This document shows, piece after piece, positions 59,184-64,000 of a stretch of DNA of 64,000 nucleotides. Position 1 is the stretch's first letter. The number at the start of each line of letters is the position of its first letter. The translations under genes were made by a program, and so were the position numbers. The notes below the pieces were generated by a model. That model was not told the origin of the DNA and made no database searches. It was given only the letters and a program-made list of their open reading frames with translations. This DNA comes from Promethearchaeota archaeon (lineage in GTDB: Archaea; Asgardarchaeota; Lokiarchaeia; Sigyniarchaeales; SOKP01): contig JAUVNS010000004.1 in assembly GCA_030599585.1 (NCBI GenBank), positions 160,001 to 224,000 of the forward strand, read 5' to 3'.

Positions 59184-60572
59184 TTATGTATATTTCTCTG
59201 TTAATGAGTTTGTGAGTTCACTCAATTTTTTAGAAATTTTAACATTAAATATATAATTCTCGTCCAATTCTTTAAATTTATTCGGTAATTTTTCGATATT
59301 TTGGTTATAATACTGCTGGATATTATTTAGATTAGGTAATTCCGTTATTAAACTTCCTTCTTTCATCACAAGAGTGAGGAGTGCTTCTGAATTAGGAGGT
59401 GCTGGTTCACTGTCTAACGTTAAAAAATCTTCTCTAAACTCTCCTTGCTTATTGTAAATTCTGTAGATTTGTTTTTTACCAGGATAAGTTAATTTATCTT
59501 CACTAATTTTTATTTTTGGTTTATTGTTATATTCTATGAGCTTATAAACACCCGCTATGGATGGATCGTCCCGAGAAGTAGCTAATTCTGTTCCAATTCC
59601 AAAAGCATCTATGGGGGCGTTGCTCTCTAAGATCTTTTTTATTTTATATTCGTTCAGATCTGAACTCGCAACGATTTGCACTTTTTCACATCCGTTTTTA
59701 TCTAAAATTTTTCTCACTTTTTTAGCGTGTTCAATGAGATCGCCAGAGTCTATCCTGACGGCTTTAATGGTGTTTTTATACTTAGATACCTTTTCAGCAG
59801 CTTTTTCTGTATCAAATGTATCAATTAAGAGAATTGAATTTTTCCCGTAGATGTTATAATACACATCAAAGCTTTCCATTTCGTTATCGAACCTTTGGAC
59901 AAAACTATGCGCCATAGTTCCACTCGAATTAATTCCAAACTCACAATCTGCTATTACATTACTAGTACCATTAAATCCTGCTATATAGCTCGCTCTTGCT
60001 GCGTATACACCTGCGAGCGGACTGTGTGACCTTCTGGTACCAAATTCTAAAAGAATTTTATTTTGGGCAATATTTCTTATTCGAGAAGCTTTCGACGCAA
60101 CAAGAGTCTGATAATTAATAACATTTAAAATGTAAGTTTCAGCTAATTGTGCGTGGAACATCGATCCTTGGATTCTCATAATTGGCTCGTTAGGAAAGAA
60201 GAAATTACCTTCCTTCATTGCCCACACATCTAACTTGAATTTGAATTTAGGTAGGTATTCGTCAAAAAAACTCGAATCGATTTCCTTAAAAACATCTTTT
60301 TTCCTCAGAAATTCTATCGTTTTTTCGGAAAATCTAGCATTCTGTAGATAATGAATTACCTGCTCTAAACCCGCAAAAATTAGGTAATTACGATTTTTAG
60401 GATATTTTCTGATAAAATATTCAAAAACGGCAATATCGTCTTTTTCTTTAATGTGATTATCGAGATTGTACTTATAATAAGCTGCGCCCATTGTGAGTTG
60501 GTAAAAATCAGTACTCAAGATTAAATTTTGGTAGTTAATGAATCCCGATTTTGGATTTTTCATTATCATCAT
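59184..60572 (-). CDS. pncB: Nicotinate phosphoribosyltransferase
   Basis: TDFYQLTM, EFGTRR, GTMAHSF, LIDTFD, RIDSGDL, VYKL. Confidence 0.94.
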   Translation of the reverse strand: MMIMKNPKSGFINYQNLILSTDFYQLTMGAAYYKYNLDNHIKEKDDIAVFEYFIRKYPKNRNYLIFAGLEQVIHYLQNARFSEKTIEFLRKKDVFKEIDSSFFDEYLPKFKFKLDVWAMKEGNFFFPNEPIMRIQGSMFHAQLAETYILNVINYQTLVASKASRIRNIAQNKILLEFGTRRSHSPLAGVYAARASYIAGFNGTSNVIADCEFGINSSGTMAHSFVQRFDNEMESFDVYYNIYGKNSILLIDTFDTEKAAEKVSKYKNTIKAVRIDSGDLIEHAKKVRKILDKNGCEKVQIVASSDLNEYKIKKILESNAPIDAFGIGTELATSRDDPSIAGVYKLIEYNNKPKIKISEDKLTYPGKKQIYRIYNKQGEFREDFLTLDSEPAPPNSEALLTLVMKEGSLITELPNLNNIQQYYNQNIEKLPNKFKELDENYIFNVKISKKLSELTNSLTEKYT

Positions 60573-60577
60573 CTAAA

Positions 60578-61495
60578 TTATAATTTCTTTAACCCCGTAA
60601 CCCTCTTTAACATAAATCCCAAAAATCTATCTTTATTTACTCCACCGTTGCATGTAATCTTATCTCCTAATTTAAATTTGTCGCTGGAATAAAGTTTTTC
60701 GCTTACTCTTATTTTCAATTCGTCTAAATTTTCTATGTCTTCTTTTCGATAATCGCTTTTTTTTTTCAATTGAGGTCCGAATTCAATATCTTTTAAGGTT
60801 ATTAGATAATATGTGGTTATATTCCCTTGGAAATCATCTTCTTTCTCTTCTATATCTGTTATTTCGGCTTCGTAAAGAGTTATTCTTTTGTGCCTTCCTA
60901 GAAGGGAACTAGGAGCACCTTCATTAATTAACTTTCCATTTTTAATAACTATACTTTCCACATTTTTTTCGAAATCTTTTGGTATAATAGTAAGTTTCCA
61001 ATCTGATAATTTGAAATAATTTTTCTTTAATGAGTAAATAAATCCAACCCAAAAATGGTTACAAAAACCCATATTTGAGCCTACTCTACAATCGCAATCT
61101 CGTTCAGGATCATTAATATTATTTGGAGTTATTGACAAATAGGAACCAGCCTCCCAATTAAATCCTTTGAACTTGAGTTCTATTTCATGGTTTTTATCAT
61201 TAATTATCTTAATATCAGTAATAGATTCTCGATCTTCACCATTAATTTTCTTGAGAGCGGTCTGAATTTCGCCTTTTATTATCTCTATTTCCTTTTGCTT
61301 GATTAAATCTTTTAATTCTTCCTCTGCCAATGAATCAAGAATAAAAGCAATTAATTCCAATTTCTTAAATTTAGAAAAGCCTTTAATTCCAAAGTCTCTA
61401 CAAATTTGTTTTAAACCGTCCGTATTCAAAGATTGGAGGAGGTATTTCATATAAGTCTTATCGTCTAGTTTTTTGCTCAAAATTTCCACTCTCAA
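60578..61495 (-). CDS. SWIM-type zinc finger protein with N-terminal SAP/Rho-N-like helix pair
   Basis: LKQICRDFGIKGFSKFKKLELI; CDC...CNH; beta-rich C-terminus. Confidence 0.65.
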   Translation of the reverse strand: MRVEILSKKLDDKTYMKYLLQSLNTDGLKQICRDFGIKGFSKFKKLELIAFILDSLAEEELKDLIKQKEIEIIKGEIQTALKKINGEDRESITDIKIINDKNHEIELKFKGFNWEAGSYLSITPNNINDPERDCDCRVGSNMGFCNHFWVGFIYSLKKNYFKLSDWKLTIIPKDFEKNVESIVIKNGKLINEGAPSSLLGRHKRITLYEAEITDIEEKEDDFQGNITTYYLITLKDIEFGPQLKKKSDYRKEDIENLDELKIRVSEKLYSSDKFKLGDKITCNGGVNKDRFLGFMLKRVTGLKKL

Positions 61496-61739
61496 TTTTT
61501 TAATTGTCTGTAAGTTATTTCTATGATGTTTACCAATAAATAAATTATCCTTTCTTATTTAATTATGATTGTCCTAAACCTTATGATTTTATATCTTTTA
61601 TCCTTAATCTTACCAAAAAATGTGTTAATAAGAGAGTGAAAAAAAAAATTTATAATAATTAGATCATCGAATTCTCGTAAAAATTTACGAACTTATCGAT
61701 GGGAAAACTTTCGGACAGCGAATTTTACGTAACATTAAC

Positions 61740-62354
61740 TTACTTTAACATTGTCCCATTAACGAGAATATTTGTTAAATTTTCAATAAGCTCTTCCTCT
61801 TCAAGTTCAAAATCACTCCGAATCCACCAAATAAAGACTCCAAGTACCGTAGATGTCCAAACTCTAGCTGTTATTTTAGGGTTTTGATCACGAGCTCCGA
61901 ATTTTATTAGTCTTGAGATGATTTTTTCTACCTCATTCGTAAAATTGTCAAGAATCTCATTTCTTTTGGCTCGGTATTTTTGCTCCATTCCCCCCATTTG
62001 CTCAAAAAAAATTAGAAATGTTTCTTTTTTTTCCCTAAACATCTTAGCGTATCCTCGAAAAAGATTATTAACCGCAGAGATTGGTGGAATTCTGTTTTGC
62101 TCGAAATAGATAAATAATTCTCTAAATTTGCTTATCATAAGTTCAGTTAATCCACTAATTAATACTTCAATTACGTCCTCTTTTGAATTAAAGTAATTAT
62201 AGAAGTTCCCTACACTCGTATTAGCCCGTTCTGTGATATCTTTTATACGAGTATTATTAAATCCTTTTTCTTCAAAAACAGAAAGAGCTGATATTATAAA
62301 TAAATTTCTTTTCTCCTTCTTTATTATTTCAGACTTCTTCTCTCTTAAAGACAC
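61740..62354 (-). CDS. TetR/AcrR family regulator
   Basis: ALSVFEEKGFNNTRIKDITERANTSVGNFYNYFNSKEDV. Confidence 0.92.
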   Translation of the reverse strand: MSLREKKSEIIKKEKRNLFIISALSVFEEKGFNNTRIKDITERANTSVGNFYNYFNSKEDVIEVLISGLTELMISKFRELFIYFEQNRIPPISAVNNLFRGYAKMFREKKETFLIFFEQMGGMEQKYRAKRNEILDNFTNEVEKIISRLIKFGARDQNPKITARVWTSTVLGVFIWWIRSDFELEEEELIENLTNILVNGTMLK

Positions 62355-62678
62355 CTATGGTCAACTCAAAAAATCATGAACAATTTGTATTATGTTAAAA
62401 TTCAAAAAAATTATTATTACATGTTAAGAAAATATGTTAAAATTTATTACTTATTAATTTTCAATTTTCTATTGATTTATTATGTTTTTGGGGACTCTTG
62501 TATCTGATTATATTTAATGATATGTCTATCTGTAAGAAGTAAGAAGGGAACTACAATTTACGGAGCAGGTAAAAAATACTAATTTAGATGGCGGGAAAAT
62601 GATAGGTATTTTTTAAAAAGTGTTTTTTTTTAATATCTTTCCTATGTTTTTCGTTGAGTAATAAAGATCGATGCAAAA

Positions 62679-62696
62679 TAAATGAACGTTCATTCA
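62679..62696. promoter_or_regulatory. Palindrome TAAATGAACGTTCATTCA, candidate TetR operator
   Basis: Perfect 14-bp core AATGAACGTTCATT in the intergenic region upstream of the TetR gene. Confidence 0.5.
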
Positions 62697-62833
62697 GTGA
62701 ACGAGGATTCGGAGCGCTTTTTTCATACATTTACTCTTAGGAATATTACCAAAATGTTTAAAAGTAAGACAGTCCATTTATGATTTAATTAGATAGATAA
62801 TCATTTAAGTAAAAAAATATACGCATATAAAAT

Positions 62834-63055
62834 GTGATCATAAAAATGAGTAATAGTACACCAGAATATTTGAAATTCTTTGGCGAATTTAAGTTCGCTG
62901 AAGAAAAAAGTTTAAGTGCAAGCGATTTTGAAAGCTCCCTTACAAAACATTTTTCGAAAGAGGAAAAGAGACCAAAAGGACGCTATAAATTTGCTGAACT
63001 GAACAATTCTTACATAAAGGATTTTGAGGATTCCTTTAATAAGTATTTTGAATAA
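62834..63055 (+). CDS. Small hypothetical protein (start probably ATG 62846)
   Basis: 73-aa ORF divergent from TetR. Confidence 0.55.
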   Translation: MIIKMSNSTPEYLKFFGEFKFAEEKSLSASDFESSLTKHFSKEEKRPKGRYKFAELNNSYIKDFEDSFNKYFE

Positions 63056-63125
63056 TAGATTAAGATTTTTTTTAATAATATCTTCATACTTTAATTTTTC
63101 TTATTATAATTCTTTATTGCATTTT

Positions 63126-63347
63126 TTAATACTCGAGATCAAAAATTTTATTTATTAATTGACATCCTCTATTATCCTTCACCTCAGAATCGAAAAAGCA
63201 ACGAGCTTTGATGTCATTTTTTTTAGTAGAATATCTCATGCAACCCCAGCACTGCCCTTTAGCGAGACTTATCTTTTTTTTACTATTTCTTTGCCTAACT
63301 AATTCACAGATTTCTAGTGCGATCTGTTCGGGAATAGGATTTTTCAT
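63126..63347 (-). CDS. Small Cys-containing hypothetical protein
   Basis: 73 aa, C...CWGC...C...C. Confidence 0.6.
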   Translation of the reverse strand: MKNPIPEQIALEICELVRQRNSKKKISLAKGQCWGCMRYSTKKNDIKARCFFDSEVKDNRGCQLINKIFDLEY

Positions 63348-63510
63348 TCAAAATATCACATTTTATATCTATTTCTAAGTGAAATATTACCTTAATTAAT
63401 TTAAAAGTTTACGAGTCCATTTATTGAGATACTCTATAGAATCTAAAGGGTTGATTTATATTATAAGAAAGTCAATAGAAATTAGTTATCTCAAAAAAGA
63501 AGGACATATT

Positions 63511-64000
63511 ATGGAACTACTGAATGAAATAGAAGAAAAATTCGTTGAAACCAACAATGTTAAACTCCATACTATTATAGTTGGGGAAGGTCCGCCTTTA
63601 ATTCTGCTCCACGGATTTCCAGATTTTTGGTATGGGTGGAAAAGCGTAATTCCAGGTCTTAAAAGTGATTATAAACTGATTATCCCTGATATGCGTGGAT
63701 ATAATTTGTCTGACAAGCCAGAAGGTGCAGAAAATTATAAGATCGAAACTTTAGTTGAGGATATTAGAGGTTTAATTGAATTCTTGGGTTTAGGAAGGGT
63801 TTTTCTTGCTGGACACGATTGGGGTGGTATTGTTGCATGGGCATTTGCTGAAAAACATCCTGAATTACTACAAAAGCTAGCAATATTAAACGCTCCTCAC
63901 ATGAAAATATTTCAACAAAAACTGAAGACAGACAAAAAACAACAAAAAGCCAGTTTTTACATTTTTGAATTTCTTAAACCTGATGGAGAAAAATTTCTGA
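63511..64000 (+). CDS. Alpha/beta hydrolase, epoxide hydrolase-like (3' truncated)
   Basis: LLHGFPDFWYGW, DMRGYNLSDKP, GHDWGG. Confidence 0.9.
   Translation, partial: MELLNEIEEKFVETNNVKLHTIIVGEGPPLILLHGFPDFWYGWKSVIPGLKSDYKLIIPDMRGYNLSDKPEGAENYKIETLVEDIRGLIEFLGLGRVFLAGHDWGGIVAWAFAEKHPELLQKLAILNAPHMKIFQQKLKTDKKQQKASFYIFEFLKPDGEKFL

Noticed and set aside
956-62109. Numerous 60-150-aa ORFs antisense to or inside long genes (e.g. 956, 4383, 11962, 20683, 26726, 30763, 41616, 56697)
   Set aside because: Shadow frames of well-supported genes, with no motifs or SD.
62517-62582. 21-codon ORF MICLSVRSKKGTTIYGAGKKY
   Set aside because: No paralogue, SD or structure in the window to support it.
62778-62791. 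TTATGATTTAATTA shared with 29377-29390, both upstream of small ORFs
   Set aside because: Almost pure A/T, so a chance match is plausible; downstream proteins show no similarity.

Overview
AT-rich (roughly 30% GC by eye) archaeal chromosomal window, most consistent with an Asgard archaeon (Lokiarchaeia/Promethearchaeia). The basis is a Rab-like small GTPase, a proteasome alpha subunit, crenarchaeal-type PolB1, a PolB2 cassette, a three-gene RFC cluster, a BHB-intron tRNA, expanded acyl-CoA metabolism and HTH-4Fe-4S paralogues. No integrase, transposase or CRISPR array was seen. The most unusual elements are mostly absent from the ORF track. (1) A duplicated module at 40.8-41.9 kb reads TATA, leaderless Val/Leu-ending leader peptide, covarying hairpin with a U-rich loop, GGAGGTG, then a ~58-aa small protein with a shared DxSxxxPGxIExE motif; it resembles an attenuator. 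(2) Two paralogous ~57-aa small ORFs lie at 29.5-30.0 kb, preceded by the same hairpin arm. (3) A diverged duplication of the convergent 3' ends of the UPF0182 gene and psmA preserves an alternative proteasome tail lacking the (EEPK)9 repeat. (4) There is a 2718-aa polytopic membrane protein and a 1616-aa helical repeat protein. (5) dapL appears to start at ATT, tRNA-Thr carries an intron at 32/33, and a tetraether synthase (Tes/GDGT-MAS) homologue is present. All family assignments are from motif recognition by eye; no searches were run.
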